Source of the DNA: an uncultured Clostridia bacterium
GTDB lineage: Bacteria > Bacillota > Clostridia > TANB77 > CAG-508
NCBI GenBank assembly: GCA_934167165.1
Contig: CAKPKG010000001.1
Span: 29,282 to 93,281, forward strand
Direction: 5' to 3'
DNA: 64,000 nt
Both the position numbers and the translations under genes were made by a program. Below, piece by piece: positions 21,896-32,933 of the stretch; position 1 is the stretch's first letter, and each line of letters starts with the position of its first letter. The notes beneath the pieces are model-generated. The model searched no databases. It worked only from the letters and a program-made list of their open reading frames with translations, and was not told the DNA's origin.

Positions 21896-23647
21896 ATGAG
21901 CAAATACAGAACTAATAACTGTGGAGAATTAAGAATAAGTGATGTTGGAAAAACAGTAAAACTAGCAGGTTGGGTACAAACAATAAGAAATTTAGGAGCA
22001 ATGAAATTTATAGATTTAAGAGATGAGGACGGAATTACACAAGTAGTTGTATCTGCAGAAATGGATTTAAAAGATATAGTAACAGAAAGCGCAATTGGAG
22101 TTACAGGAACTGTAATAGAAAGAGCAAGTAAAAACAATAAAATTCCAACAGGAGATATAGAAATTGAAGCAAAAGAAATAGAAATATTAGGTAAATGCAA
22201 AAATGTTTTACCATTTGAAATAAATTCAGAGAAAACAGGAGAAGCAAGAGAAGATTTAAGATTAGAATATAGATTTTTGGACTTAAGAAACAATAAATTA
22301 CATCAAACAATTAAACTTCGTTCTGAAATAATGAAAACATTAAGAAGCAAAATGGATGAATTAGGTTTTACAGAAATACAAACACCAATACTTGCAAACT
22401 CATCACCAGAAGGAGCAAGAGACTTTTTAGTACCAAGTAGAATACATCCAGGAGAATTTTATGCACTTCCACAGGCACCACAACAATTTAAACAATTATT
22501 AATGGTTAGTGGATTTAATAAATATTATCAAATAGCACCATGTTTTAGAGATGAAGATCCAAGAGCAGATAGAGCACCAGGAGAATTTTATCAATTAGAT
22601 TTTGAAATGAGCTTTGCAGAACAAGAAGATGTATTAAAAGTTTTAGAAGAAATATTTACAACAGTATTTACAAAACATACAAATTGGAAAGTAGACCAAG
22701 CACCATTTATTAGAATTCCATATTTAGAAGCAATGGAAAAATACGGTTCAGACAAGCCAGATTTAAGAAATCCACTTATAATACAAGATGTAACCGAAGT
22801 GTTTGAAAATACAGAATTCAATGCATTTAAAGACAAAACAATAAAAGCAATTGTAGTGCCAAATGGCGGGGCACAAACTAGAAAATTCTTTGATAGTATG
22901 ACCGAATTTGCAGTTCAAGAAGCAGGTGCAAAAGGTTTAGCCTGGGTAAAATTTGATGAAGCAAACACCCCAGTTGGAGGAATTGCAAAATTTATAGATG
23001 AAGAAACAAAAACAAAATTACAAGAAAAATTGGAAGCAAAAAAAGAAGATTCAATATTCTTTATAGCTGATGAATTTAAGACAGCGCAAAAAGTTGCGGG
23101 AGCAGTAAGAATAGAACTTGGAAACAGATTAGATTTAATTAAAAAAGGCGAATATAAATTATGCTTTATAGTAGATTTCCCAATGTATGAATTATCTGAT
23201 GAAGGAAAAATAGATTTTTGCCATAATCCATTCTCAATGCCACAAGGTGAAATGGAAGCATTAGAAACAATGAATCCACTAGATATTTTGGCATATCAAT
23301 ATGATGTGGTTTGCAACGGATATGAAGTAGCATCAGGAGCAGTAAGAAACCATAATCCAGAAATAATGGTAAAAGCATTTGAGATTGCAGGATATCAAGA
23401 AGAAGATATAAAAAATAGATTTGGAGCATTATATACAGCATTCCAATATGGAGCACCACCACATGCTGGAGCAGCACCTGGATTAGATAGAATGGTAATG
23501 CTTGTAGCAGACTCAAACAATATTAGAGAAGTAATAGCATTCCCTAAAAATAAAAAAGCAAGAGACCTACTTATGAGAGCCCCAAGCAAAGTAACAGAAG
23601 AACAATTAAGAGATGTTCATATAAAAATAGACACAGATAGAGAGTAA
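21896..23647 (+). CDS. aspS: aspartyl-tRNA synthetase
   Basis: Class II aaRS motifs (FRDEDPRADR, GGGIGLDR-like GAAPGLDRMVM) and a 583-aa bacterial-type N-terminal OB fold. Confidence 0.85.
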   Translation: MSKYRTNNCGELRISDVGKTVKLAGWVQTIRNLGAMKFIDLRDEDGITQVVVSAEMDLKDIVTESAIGVTGTVIERASKNNKIPTGDIEIEAKEIEILGKCKNVLPFEINSEKTGEAREDLRLEYRFLDLRNNKLHQTIKLRSEIMKTLRSKMDELGFTEIQTPILANSSPEGARDFLVPSRIHPGEFYALPQAPQQFKQLLMVSGFNKYYQIAPCFRDEDPRADRAPGEFYQLDFEMSFAEQEDVLKVLEEIFTTVFTKHTNWKVDQAPFIRIPYLEAMEKYGSDKPDLRNPLIIQDVTEVFENTEFNAFKDKTIKAIVVPNGGAQTRKFFDSMTEFAVQEAGAKGLAWVKFDEANTPVGGIAKFIDEETKTKLQEKLEAKKEDSIFFIADEFKTAQKVAGAVRIELGNRLDLIKKGEYKLCFIVDFPMYELSDEGKIDFCHNPFSMPQGEMEALETMNPLDILAYQYDVVCNGYEVASGAVRNHNPEIMVKAFEIAGYQEEDIKNRFGALYTAFQYGAPPHAGAAPGLDRMVMLVADSNNIREVIAFPKNKKARDLLMRAPSKVTEEQLRDVHIKIDTDRE

Positions 23648-23650
23648 TTT

Positions 23651-23760
23651 GTAAAATGGAAGTGTGCGGTGTGATGTGGGAAGTGTGATTTATAGGACTA
23701 AGGCTTCGCAGGCCTTTCTCTATTCTTCTCACTTCTCACTTCGCACTTCGTGAAAACCCA
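23651..23760 (+). repeat. purine-rich GAAGTG/GTGAGGTG-type intergenic repeat (copy R1)
   Basis: ggaagtgtgcggtgtgatgtgggaagtgtg ... ctattcttctcacttctcacttcgcacttcg. Inverted copy at 38222, related copies at 45395 and 52545. Confidence 0.6.
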
Positions 23761-23798
23761 ATTTATCAACTCAATTAAAAATTATATAGGATGAAGAT

Positions 23799-25742
23799 AT
23801 GAAAAAGATACTAATTACAGAGAAACCATCTGTTGCGATGGAATTTGCAAAAGCTTTAAAAATTAATACAAATAGAAAAAATGGTTATTTAGAGTCAGAA
23901 GAGTGGATAATCACTTGGTGTGTTGGGCATTTAGTTACTATGTCATATCCAGAAAAATATGATGAAAAACTAAAACAATGGAGATTAGATACTCTTCCAT
24001 TTATGCCTAAAGAGTGGAAATATGAGATAATACCACAAGTTGCAAATCAATTTAATATAATCCAAGGCTTATTGCAAAGAGAAGATATAAGCGAAATATA
24101 TAATGCAGGTGACTCGGGACGAGAAGGAGAGTATATACAAAGACTTGTGTTAATGATGGCAAAACCAAATCCAAGCATAAAAATAAAACGTGTTTGGATA
24201 GATTCGCAAACAGAAGAAGAAATTTTAAGAGGAATAAGAGAAGCGAAAGATGCTTCAGAATATGATAGCCTATCTGATTCTGCATATTTAAGAGCAAAAG
24301 AAGATTATTTAATAGGAATAAATTTTTCTAGACTGCTTTCAATTACACAAGGAAGAATGGTAGCAAAACAAGTAAATGAAGAAAGAACTTCTATTGCAAT
24401 AGGACGAGTTATGACATGTGTTTTAGGAATGGTAGTTGCAAGAGAGAGAGAAATAAGAAACTTTGTTAAAACCAAATACTATAAAATTACAGGAAAATTT
24501 GGTGAAGAGCAAAGCTTTTGCGAGGCAGAATGGAAGGTAAATGAAAAATCAATAGAATACAATTCTGCAAAACTATACAATGAAACAGGATTTAAGAAAA
24601 AACAAGATGCAGAAGAATTTATAAATAAAATAAAAGATAAAGTGGCAGTAGTAAAAGAAATAAAAAAATCAAAACAAAAAGAAAATCCCCCACTTTTATT
24701 TAACTTGGCAGAAATTCAAAATGAATGCTCAAAAAAATTTAAAATAAAACCAGATGAAACACTTGCAGTAATTCAAGAGTTATATGAGAAAAAGTTAGTT
24801 ACATACCCAAGAACAGATGCAAGAGTGCTTTCAACAGCAGTTGCAAAAGAGATTACCAAAAACTTAAATGGAATAGCAAAAGGATTTAAGGATGACGAAG
24901 TTCAAAAATACATTAATAAAATGAAAGAAGAAAAATATTCTACAAACCTAGTAAAGACAAAATATGTAAATGATAGTAAAATAACAGACCACTATGCAAT
25001 AATCCCAACAGGTCAAGGCTATGAGAATTATGAAAAATTAAATCAATTGCAAAAAGACATTTATAAAATAATAGTAAAAAGATTTTTGGCCATATTCTAT
25101 CCAGCGGCAGAGTTTAACAAACTAAACATAACTATAAATATAGAGAATGAAATATTTACAGCAAGCCAAAAAGTTTGTATAAAACAAGGGTATTTAGAAA
25201 TATTAAAACCAAATGTAAATACAGATACATCCAAAAAGAATGCAGAGGTAGAGGGCACACTTCAAAGTGACCAACAAGCAAGTACACTTTTAAGCACACT
25301 AAAAAAAGGACAAGAAATAAAGATACTAGAGTTAACAACAAAAGAAGCTGAAACATCTCCACCAACAAGATATAATTCAGGCTCTATGATTTTAGCAATG
25401 GAGAATGCAGGAAAATTAATAGAGGATGAAGAGTTAAGAGAGCAAATAAAAGGAGCAGGGATAGGAACAAGTGCAACAAGAGCAGAAATAATAAAAAAGT
25501 TAGAAAAAATAAGTTATATTGCAATAAATAATAAAACGCAAATAATTACACCAACACTAAAAGGAGAAGCAATATATGATGTAGTAAATAAAACTATGCC
25601 AGATATGCTTAATCCAAAATTAACAGCAAGTTGGGAAAAAGGATTGGATATGGTAGCAAAAAAAGAAATACCACCAAACGAGTTTATGACAAAGCTAGAA
25701 ACATACATAAATTCAAAATTTGATAAATTGATAATGAGGTAG
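23799..25742 (+). CDS. topB: DNA topoisomerase III
   Basis: Toprim N-terminus (ILITEKPSVA) and type IA topoisomerase core, 647 aa. Confidence 0.7.
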   Translation: MKKILITEKPSVAMEFAKALKINTNRKNGYLESEEWIITWCVGHLVTMSYPEKYDEKLKQWRLDTLPFMPKEWKYEIIPQVANQFNIIQGLLQREDISEIYNAGDSGREGEYIQRLVLMMAKPNPSIKIKRVWIDSQTEEEILRGIREAKDASEYDSLSDSAYLRAKEDYLIGINFSRLLSITQGRMVAKQVNEERTSIAIGRVMTCVLGMVVAREREIRNFVKTKYYKITGKFGEEQSFCEAEWKVNEKSIEYNSAKLYNETGFKKKQDAEEFINKIKDKVAVVKEIKKSKQKENPPLLFNLAEIQNECSKKFKIKPDETLAVIQELYEKKLVTYPRTDARVLSTAVAKEITKNLNGIAKGFKDDEVQKYINKMKEEKYSTNLVKTKYVNDSKITDHYAIIPTGQGYENYEKLNQLQKDIYKIIVKRFLAIFYPAAEFNKLNITINIENEIFTASQKVCIKQGYLEILKPNVNTDTSKKNAEVEGTLQSDQQASTLLSTLKKGQEIKILELTTKEAETSPPTRYNSGSMILAMENAGKLIEDEELREQIKGAGIGTSATRAEIIKKLEKISYIAINNKTQIITPTLKGEAIYDVVNKTMPDMLNPKLTASWEKGLDMVAKKEIPPNEFMTKLETYINSKFDKLIMR

Positions 25743-25801
25743 ACTAATAATAACTTTATGATATAATATAGAAAAAATTTAAAAGGAAGAGGAAAAAAGT
25801 A

Positions 25802-26338
25802 ATGGTAGGATTTATTATTTTTATAATTATATTATATATTGTAATTTCTAAAAATGTAATGTACAAGTATAATGAAGGAGTTAGTGTGACTAAATTAATA
25901 AATTTATTAAAGAAACAGAGATTTTCAGAGATAAAAACTAAACAACTTAATGGAAATATTACAATTATTACTGCAAATAATTTAGGAGAAAACTTTTTAT
26001 ATGCAATGAGAAATGATATAACTTCAATAATTCCAAGTAATATAGAAACTATTTATGAATATTCAAAAAAAGCACACATTCATAATACTACAGTAGTAGT
26101 TAAATCCCTAACTGGTGGAATAACTGCCAATGCAGAAAGTAAGGCAAAAGAATATAATTTAGATGTAATAGAGGGAAATGAACTAGTAAAAATGTTAGAT
26201 CAAGAGAAAGCTTCAATATTGAAAACGAGTGATACATCTGACGACACATGTGAGATAGACTATTCTCAAAATGAAGATCCAATATCTGATAAAACAAGTA
26301 TATTGAAAAAGATATTCAAAGGCCCAGATAGGCTATAA
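25802..26338 (+). CDS. hypothetical membrane-anchored protein (possible Mrr-cat-like nuclease fold)
   Basis: N-terminal TM segment. Weak similarity pattern to restriction-endonuclease-like domains. Confidence 0.3.
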   Translation: MVGFIIFIIILYIVISKNVMYKYNEGVSVTKLINLLKKQRFSEIKTKQLNGNITIITANNLGENFLYAMRNDITSIIPSNIETIYEYSKKAHIHNTTVVVKSLTGGITANAESKAKEYNLDVIEGNELVKMLDQEKASILKTSDTSDDTCEIDYSQNEDPISDKTSILKKIFKGPDRL

Positions 26339-26359
26339 TCAAAAGACTTAACACATTGT

Positions 26360-26536
26360 TTGACATATTATGTAAAGTATGATATAATAATAATACAACT
26401 AGCATATGTTAGAAGTAACAATCTAGTTGATTATATAGATACTCTTCTTTAAGTAATAAAAAGAAACAAGGAGGTTTTGATGGAAGAGGTTAATTAGAAA
26501 AGGAACATTTGTTAAGAGTAATAAATGTTCCTTTTC
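26360..26536 (+). ncRNA. orphan transcription unit: strong promoter, about 100-nt RNA with AAGGAGG plus a 5-codon ORF (MEEVN), bidirectional terminator
   Basis: TTGACA 26360-26365, 17 nt spacer, TATAAT 26383-26388. atg gaa gag gtt aat tag at 26480-26497. Hairpin aaaaggaacatttgttaagagtaataaatgttcctttt. Confidence 0.4.
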
Positions 26537-26550
26537 ATTTATATTAAATA

Positions 26551-27936
26551 TTAAAAATCACAATTTTTTGGAGTTCTTGAGAATGGAATTACATCTCTAA
26601 TATTTTGCATACCTGTTAAATACATCATCATTCTTTCAAAGCCCAATCCAAAACCTGCATGTCTTACACTACCATATTTTCTTAAATCCAAATACCACCA
26701 ATAGTCTGATTCTTTCATTCCTAATTCCTTTATTTTGGCTTTTAAAACGTCTAAATTGTCTTCTCTTTGACTACCACCAATTATTTCTCCAATTCCAGGA
26801 GCTAAAAGGTCAGCTGCTGCAACAGTTTTGCCATCTGGGTTTTGTTTCATATAAAAGGCTTTTATTTCAGCTGGATAATCTGTTACAAATACAGGTTTTT
26901 TAAATAATACTTCACATAGATATCTTTCATGTTCTGTTTGTAAATCAGACCCCCAATGAACTGGAAATTCAAATTTATCATTGTTTTTTTCTAATTCTTT
27001 AATTGCATCAGTGTATGTTATTCTTGCAAAGTCAGAATTTATAACATTATTTAGTTTTTCAAATAAACCTTTGTCTATAAAGTTATTAAAAAATTCCATT
27101 TCTTCTGGACAGTTGTCCATTACATATTTAATAATATATTTAACCATATCTTCAGCTAAATCCATATCATCTTTTAGGTCTGCAAAACATATTTCTGGTT
27201 CAATCATCCAAAATTCAGAAGCGTGTTTTACTGTATTTGAGTTTTCTGATCTAAATGTAGGACCAAATGTATAAACATTTCTAAATGCAAATGCAAATGT
27301 TTCTACATTTAATTGACCACTTACAGTAAGATGAGCAGGTTTACCAAAAAAGTCTTTTGAATAGTCAACATTACCATCTTCTGTTTTAGGTAGGTTATTC
27401 AAATCAAAAGTATTTACGTTAAACATTTCTCCAGCACCTTCACAGTCACTAGAAGTAATTATTGGTGTATGAACGTACACAAATCCTCTTTCTTGAAAGA
27501 ATTTATGAATTGCATATGATAAAACAGAACGTACTCTAAATACTGCATTAAAAGTATTTGTTCTAGGTCTTAAATGTGAGATTGTTCTTAAATATTCAAA
27601 AGAATGTCTTTTCTTTTGTAAAGGATAATCTAAATCAGAAGCAAATTCTAAATCTACTTTGTTTGCTTTTATTTCAAAAGGCTGTTTTGCACCTTCTGTT
27701 CTTACAAATGTTCCTGTAACTTTTATTGATGAACTAAGTGGTAATTTGCAAAGATCATCAAAATTATCTAAAGTGTTATCAAAAACAATTTGAATGTTTT
27801 TAAAAAAACTTCCATCATTTAATTCTATAAAACCAAAAGTTTTAGAATCTCTAATTGTTTTTACCCAACCTTCTACAACAATTTCCTTTCCTTCATATTT
27901 GCTCATGTCTGAAAATAAGTCTTTAATAATTTCCAT
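26551..27936 (-). CDS. asnS: asparaginyl-tRNA synthetase
   Basis: 461 aa. N-terminal anticodon-binding OB fold and class IIb catalytic core. Confidence 0.8.
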   Translation of the reverse strand: MEIIKDLFSDMSKYEGKEIVVEGWVKTIRDSKTFGFIELNDGSFFKNIQIVFDNTLDNFDDLCKLPLSSSIKVTGTFVRTEGAKQPFEIKANKVDLEFASDLDYPLQKKRHSFEYLRTISHLRPRTNTFNAVFRVRSVLSYAIHKFFQERGFVYVHTPIITSSDCEGAGEMFNVNTFDLNNLPKTEDGNVDYSKDFFGKPAHLTVSGQLNVETFAFAFRNVYTFGPTFRSENSNTVKHASEFWMIEPEICFADLKDDMDLAEDMVKYIIKYVMDNCPEEMEFFNNFIDKGLFEKLNNVINSDFARITYTDAIKELEKNNDKFEFPVHWGSDLQTEHERYLCEVLFKKPVFVTDYPAEIKAFYMKQNPDGKTVAAADLLAPGIGEIIGGSQREDNLDVLKAKIKELGMKESDYWWYLDLRKYGSVRHAGFGLGFERMMMYLTGMQNIRDVIPFSRTPKNCDF

Positions 27937-27961
27937 AAGAAACCCTCCTTTTTATATTAGC

Positions 27962-28071
27962 AAAGGGATGCAAGAAAAGTGGCTTTGCCATGCTTTTCTT
28001 CTCGCCGATTTGAGTTCCCAAATGAAATAAGGAAACCTCAAAGGCAATAGCGATTATAGCATTTTTGTTGA
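27962..28071 (-). promoter_or_regulatory. conserved roughly 90-nt leader element (copy 1) in the asnS 5' UTR, downstream of the T-box
   Basis: The minus strand reads tgctataatcgctattgcctttgaggtttccttatttcatttgggaactcaaatcggcgagaa plus hairpin plus SD. Copies at 30576 and 34068. Confidence 0.55.
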
Positions 28072-28084
28072 ATATGAAAAATCT

Positions 28085-28330
28085 TTGATTTTTTTTATTC
28101 AACAAAAAAAGCCCTCTGCAAACTGCAGGGACGAAAATAATTTCCGCGGTACCACCCTAACTTAAAAATCATAAAATGATTTTTCTCTCTATTGATGTGC
28201 TTCCAATGTGTTTCGTATAGCAATGTTCGCTAAAAGGGCTTTCAGCCTATGACCCTTATTCTCTAATAGTAACTTATTGCAACTTTGCATTGTACTAACG
28301 CACTTATATAATATTTTTTATTTTACAATA
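28085..28330 (-). promoter_or_regulatory. T-box riboswitch leader of asnS
   Basis: Minus-strand aagttagggtggtaccgcgg T-box motif, terminator ccctgcagtttgcagaggg plus Ts, promoter TTGACA-18-TAAAAT near 28335-28362. Confidence 0.75.
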
Positions 28331-28426
28331 GTATTGGCTATTTTGTCAATCATTATTAAAAAATAAATACTTTCTTTTATTTTTTTATTTAATGTGTTAA
28401 TATAATACTGTAAAAAGGAGGTTACC

Positions 28427-29542
28427 ATGCCAAATATAATTGATTATATAGAATGGAGGGGAGACTTAAGTTTTGAGAACTCTCCAATAAATGAAATAGA
28501 TGATATTATTTTTGCTAGATTTTCATATTTACCATTCAAATGTATAAATTTATCTGAAATTGACACTATTGAAAACATCGCATTAAAAATGAAAGAACTG
28601 GACATAGCTAATTATTTGTGGGAAGATGATAAAAATTTTATTCAAAAAATAGGAAATTGTAGAAGATTTAAAGATATAAAAGTTTCTGATTATATAGAAA
28701 TTTTTGATAAGGCTGCAGAAAAACAATTTGCAGCTATAACACTATGGATTCAGGAGAACAGAAAATACATATCTTTTAGAGGAACAGATTCATCTCTTGT
28801 CGGATGGAAAGAAGATATAAATATGGGATTTAAAAAAGATGTTCCATCACAAAAAGAAGCTGTTAAATACTTAAATTCAATGGCAGAAAAATATAAAGAA
28901 AAACTTATTGTAGGGGGCCATTCTAAAGGAGGAAATCTAGCAGTTTATTCGGCAGTATTTTGTAAGGATAGTGTTAAAAATAGGATTGAAAGAGTTATAA
29001 ATGCAGATGGACCAGGGTTTGACGAAAGTGTAATTTTAACCGAGAACTATAAGAAAATATTAGATAAAATCCAAACTTATATACCACAATCCTCAATAGT
29101 TGGAAGATTACTAGAGCACAAAGAAGAATATCAAGTAGTAAAAAGCATTCAAAAGGGAATTATGCAACACGATATATATTCATGGGAAATTGAACCTACA
29201 AAGTTAATTAGAATACCAACTGTTACAAATAATAGTGAGATTTTTAATGGAATAGTAAGTGATTGGCTTACGAATACAACACCAGAACAAAGAGAGAATT
29301 TTATAAATATAATATATGATATAATAATGGAAACACAGGCCCAAAAAACTAGTGATTTTAGAGTAGAAACAGCAAAAAAAATAGGTATAATTCTAAGCGG
29401 ATATATGAATGTAAATCCAGAAGATAAAAAAGAAATTGAGCATATGGTAAAATTAATAGTTGAAAGTACATTTAAGATTTTAAAAGAAAATAGGAATGCG
29501 AATAAGCTTATAGAAAAGGAAAAGAAACAAAAAAATAAATAA
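28427..29542 (+). CDS. alpha/beta-hydrolase, DUF2974/Mbeg1-like (lipase-like GHSKGG motif)
   Basis: IVGGHSKGGNLAVYSA nucleophile elbow, 371 aa. Confidence 0.5.
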   Translation: MPNIIDYIEWRGDLSFENSPINEIDDIIFARFSYLPFKCINLSEIDTIENIALKMKELDIANYLWEDDKNFIQKIGNCRRFKDIKVSDYIEIFDKAAEKQFAAITLWIQENRKYISFRGTDSSLVGWKEDINMGFKKDVPSQKEAVKYLNSMAEKYKEKLIVGGHSKGGNLAVYSAVFCKDSVKNRIERVINADGPGFDESVILTENYKKILDKIQTYIPQSSIVGRLLEHKEEYQVVKSIQKGIMQHDIYSWEIEPTKLIRIPTVTNNSEIFNGIVSDWLTNTTPEQRENFINIIYDIIMETQAQKTSDFRVETAKKIGIILSGYMNVNPEDKKEIEHMVKLIVESTFKILKENRNANKLIEKEKKQKNK

Positions 29543-29556
29543 GGGAGAAAAGTTTT

Positions 29557-30441
29557 ATGAATGTTAGCTTAGATTGGTATAAAATATTTTATGAAGTAGC
29601 AAAAAAACAGAATATAACAGTAGCAGCAGAAAACTTGTGCATTTCTCAACCAGCAGTTAGTCAAACAATAAAACAGCTAGAAGAAAGTCTAAATGCAGAA
29701 TTGTTTTTAAGAACAAAAAAAGGAGTAACTTTAACTAAAGAAGGAGAGGTATTATATTCATATATCTCGGAAGCAATGGAAAAAATTAAGTTGGGAGAGG
29801 CAAAAGTTTTAGAGCAAGTTAATTTGGAAAGTGGAGAAATAAGAATAGGTTCAAGTGATATGTGTTTGCAATTTTTTTTGCTTCAATACTTAGAAGAATT
29901 TCAAAAAATATATCCTAAAATCAAGATAAGTATTACAAATGGACCTACACCAGAAACTATAAAACTTTTAAAAGAAGACAAAATAGATTTTGGTTTGGTA
30001 AGTGAACCATTTGAACTAGAGGAAAAATTTAAAGCAATAGAAGTATGTAAAATTAAAGATATATTTGTTTGTGGTGAAAAATATAAAGATTTATCAAAAC
30101 AAAAAGTGAGCTTAAAAGAACTAGAAAAATATCCATTAATATGTTTAGAAGAGCATACAAGTACAAGAAAATACATAGACGAAAAATTTAAAGAGAATAA
30201 TGCAGAATGCAATCCAAAATATGAGCTTGCAACAAGTAATTTAATAGTAGATTTTGCTAAAAGAAATTTTGGAATTGGAGTTGTAGTTGATAAATTTGCA
30301 GAAGAAAAATTAGAAAATAAAGAAATATACCAGATTAATATAAAAGAAAAGATAGAACCAAGAAATATATGTATAATAAAGAAAGATAAGTTAATATCAA
30401 AAGCTTCAAATGAATTGCTTAAATTTATTATCAATAAGTAA
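29557..30441 (+). CDS. LysR-family transcriptional regulator
   Basis: N-terminal HTH (AAENLCISQPAVSQTIKQLEESLNAELF) and a LysR substrate-binding domain. Confidence 0.75.
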   Translation: MNVSLDWYKIFYEVAKKQNITVAAENLCISQPAVSQTIKQLEESLNAELFLRTKKGVTLTKEGEVLYSYISEAMEKIKLGEAKVLEQVNLESGEIRIGSSDMCLQFFLLQYLEEFQKIYPKIKISITNGPTPETIKLLKEDKIDFGLVSEPFELEEKFKAIEVCKIKDIFVCGEKYKDLSKQKVSLKELEKYPLICLEEHTSTRKYIDEKFKENNAECNPKYELATSNLIVDFAKRNFGIGVVVDKFAEEKLENKEIYQINIKEKIEPRNICIIKKDKLISKASNELLKFIINK

Positions 30442-30500
30442 GACTTATTGATACCATAAATAATATATATTTTACTTATATAAAGAAAGGCGTTAAAATA

Positions 30501-30572
30501 GATAATGTAGTAAGAATTCTACATTATCTATTTTTTATATACTAGGAAATTTCTCATTTCCTAGTATATAAA
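30501..30572 (+). terminator. two tandem perfect-palindrome terminators
   Basis: gataatgtag..ctacattatc plus T6, and tatatactaggaaat..atttcctagtatata plus A/T run. Confidence 0.55.
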
Positions 30573-30575
30573 AAA

Positions 30576-30665
30576 TGCTATAATCGCTATTGCCTTTGAG
30601 ATTTCCTCATTACATTCGGAAACTCAAATCGGCGAGAACAAAGGGCGACTAAAGTCGCTTTGTTA
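30576..30665 (+). promoter_or_regulatory. conserved roughly 90-nt leader element (copy 2) forming the purA 5' UTR
   Basis: TGcTATAAT -10 box, then cgctattgcctttgagatttcctcattacattcggaaactcaaatcggcgagaa, hairpin caaagggcgac..gtcgctttg abutting the SD AGGAGG. Confidence 0.55.
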
Positions 30666-30678
30666 GGAGGTAATATTT

Positions 30679-31950
30679 ATGGTAAGTGCAATTGTTGGAG
30701 GAAACTGGGGAGACGAAGGAAAAGGAAAGATGTGTGATATCTTATCAAAAGATGCAGATGTAGTTATTAGATTTCAAGGAGGAGCAAATGCAGGACATAC
30801 AATAGTAAATGAATATGGAAAAACTGCTTTACACATGTTACCATCAGGAATTTTTAGACAAGATGTTATAAATGTAATTGGACAAGGAGTTGCTTTTGAT
30901 ATCAATGCATTCTTTGAAGAGCTAGAATCTGTTAAAGAAAAAGGAATGAAAAATCCAAACATAGTTATTTCAGATAGAGTTCAAATATTAATGCCATATC
31001 ATATTAAATTAGATGAGTTAGAAGAGCAAAGATTAGGAAAAGCAAGTTTTGGTTCAACAAAATCAGGAATTGCACCATTCTATTCTGATAAATACGCAAA
31101 AATAGGAATACAAATTTCAGAGATATATGATGATGAGCACTTAAAAAATAGGCTAACAAATATTTTAACTGCAAAAAATAAAATAATATCAGCTTTATAT
31201 GGAGAAGAAAATCAAGTAGATATTGAAGAGATGTATGAATTCTTGATAAACTCAAGAGATAAACTAAAACCATATTTATGCAATGTAGTTAAATTAGTAA
31301 ATGAAAAAATAAAAGAAAATAAAAATATAATAATAGAAGGACAATTAGGAACATTAAGAGATATAGACAATGGAATATATCCATTTACAACTTCATCTTC
31401 ACCACTTGCAGGATTTGGAGCAGTGGGAGCAGGTATTCCACCTTATGAAATTAAAAAGATATATACAATAGTAAAAGCATATTCTACATGTGTTGGAGCA
31501 GGAGCCTTTACAACAGAAATATCTGGAGAAGAAGCAAAAGAATTAAGAGATAGAGGCGGAGAATATGGAGCAAAAACAGGAAGACCAAGAAGAGTAGGTT
31601 GGTTTGATACAGTTGCAACAAGATATGGGTGTATGGTACAAGGAGCAACAGATGTTGTTTTGTCATTAGTAGATGTATTAGGATATCTTGACAAAATACC
31701 AGTATGTACAGCATACGAAATTGATGGAAAAATAGTAAAAGACTTTCCAACTACAATAGAATTAAACAAAGCAAAACCAGTATATGAATATTTGGATGGT
31801 TGGAAATGTGATATAAGCAATATTAAAAAATATGAAGACTTACCAGAGAATACAAAAAAATATATTGAATTTATAGAAAAGAAAATAGAACGCCCAATAA
31901 AAATAATAGGAAACGGACCTAGAAGAGAAGATATAATTGTGTGCAAATAA
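30679..31950 (+). CDS. purA: adenylosuccinate synthetase
   Basis: GGNWGDEGKGK P-loop, GGANAGHT, 423 aa. Confidence 0.9.
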   Translation: MVSAIVGGNWGDEGKGKMCDILSKDADVVIRFQGGANAGHTIVNEYGKTALHMLPSGIFRQDVINVIGQGVAFDINAFFEELESVKEKGMKNPNIVISDRVQILMPYHIKLDELEEQRLGKASFGSTKSGIAPFYSDKYAKIGIQISEIYDDEHLKNRLTNILTAKNKIISALYGEENQVDIEEMYEFLINSRDKLKPYLCNVVKLVNEKIKENKNIIIEGQLGTLRDIDNGIYPFTTSSSPLAGFGAVGAGIPPYEIKKIYTIVKAYSTCVGAGAFTTEISGEEAKELRDRGGEYGAKTGRPRRVGWFDTVATRYGCMVQGATDVVLSLVDVLGYLDKIPVCTAYEIDGKIVKDFPTTIELNKAKPVYEYLDGWKCDISNIKKYEDLPENTKKYIEFIEKKIERPIKIIGNGPRREDIIVCK

Positions 31951-31954
31951 AAGC

Positions 31955-32016
31955 GACGAATGGGGACAGACCCCTTTTGTTTAATTTAAAACAAAAGGGG
32001 TCTGTCCCCATTTGTG
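31955..32016 (+). repeat. REP-like palindromic pair (family 2: caaaaggggtctgtccccatttg) immediately after the purA stop
   Basis: gaatggggacagaccccttttg, 12-nt spacer, caaaaggggtctgtccccatttg. Likely also the purA terminator. Confidence 0.65.
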
Positions 32017-32079
32017 CCTTTAAAATATTGATACACTCAAATGCGTATGATATAATGCACTCAAAGGAGTTGAAAGACT

Positions 32080-32826
32080 TTGGGCAGAAACAAAAGAAAT
32101 AAAAATATAAGTACAAAAAAGGCAATATATGTTTTAATTATTTTTGCAATTATAACTGTATTTACATATTGGAATGAAAAAAACGATTATAATTCGAAAA
32201 ACATACAAAATAGTGAAAATACCTTTGGAAAAACCACATATTCTACCTTACAAGACATACCAGAATATAATGGGGAAATATGTGTAATGATAAATGAAAA
32301 CAAACCATATTTTACTGAGGCAGATTATAGTACAGAAGTTTTCGAGAATTACAGCGATTTAGATTATTTACAAAGGTGTGGGGTAGCTTACGCAAATATA
32401 TGTAAAGAAATAATGCCACCAGAAGGAGACGAAAGAGGAGACATTAGCTCTATTTATCCAACAGGATGGAAACAAGCAAAATTTAATGGAGAATATTTAT
32501 ATAATAGGTGCCATTTAATAGCTCATAGCCTTTCAGATGAGGACGCAAATAAACAGAACTTAATTACAGGGACAAGATATTTTAATGTTCAAGGAATGTT
32601 GCCAATTGAAAGATTAGTGCTTGAATATATGAATAAAAATCAAAATAATCATGTTCTTTATAGAGTTACTCCTATTTTTAAAGGAGAGAATCTTTTAGCA
32701 ACTGGAGTAGAAATGGAAGCATATTCTGTAGAAGACAATGGAAAACTATCCTTTAATGTGTTTATTTACAACATACAACCAGGAGCAAATATTAATTATA
32801 CAACAGGAGAATTGTTAAACAATTAG
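32080..32826 (+). CDS. membrane-anchored DNA/RNA non-specific endonuclease (NucA/EndA-like)
   Basis: N-terminal TM segment. NRCHLIAHSL corresponds to the DRGHL active-site motif. Confidence 0.6.
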   Translation: MGRNKRNKNISTKKAIYVLIIFAIITVFTYWNEKNDYNSKNIQNSENTFGKTTYSTLQDIPEYNGEICVMINENKPYFTEADYSTEVFENYSDLDYLQRCGVAYANICKEIMPPEGDERGDISSIYPTGWKQAKFNGEYLYNRCHLIAHSLSDEDANKQNLITGTRYFNVQGMLPIERLVLEYMNKNQNNHVLYRVTPIFKGENLLATGVEMEAYSVEDNGKLSFNVFIYNIQPGANINYTTGELLNN

Positions 32827-32933
32827 TTGACAAATTATGTAAAAAAATATATAATCGCTCTAAATTTAAGTCTTTTTACTATATTTCTATAGTAAATTTC
32901 CTAAGAAAAACAAAAACTTAAATAGGAGAGTGA

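Noticed and set aside
23651-23760. CRISPR array
   Set aside because: The GAAGTG-type repeats are short, degenerate and strand-asymmetric, and lack regular repeat-spacer periodicity. No cas genes are present.
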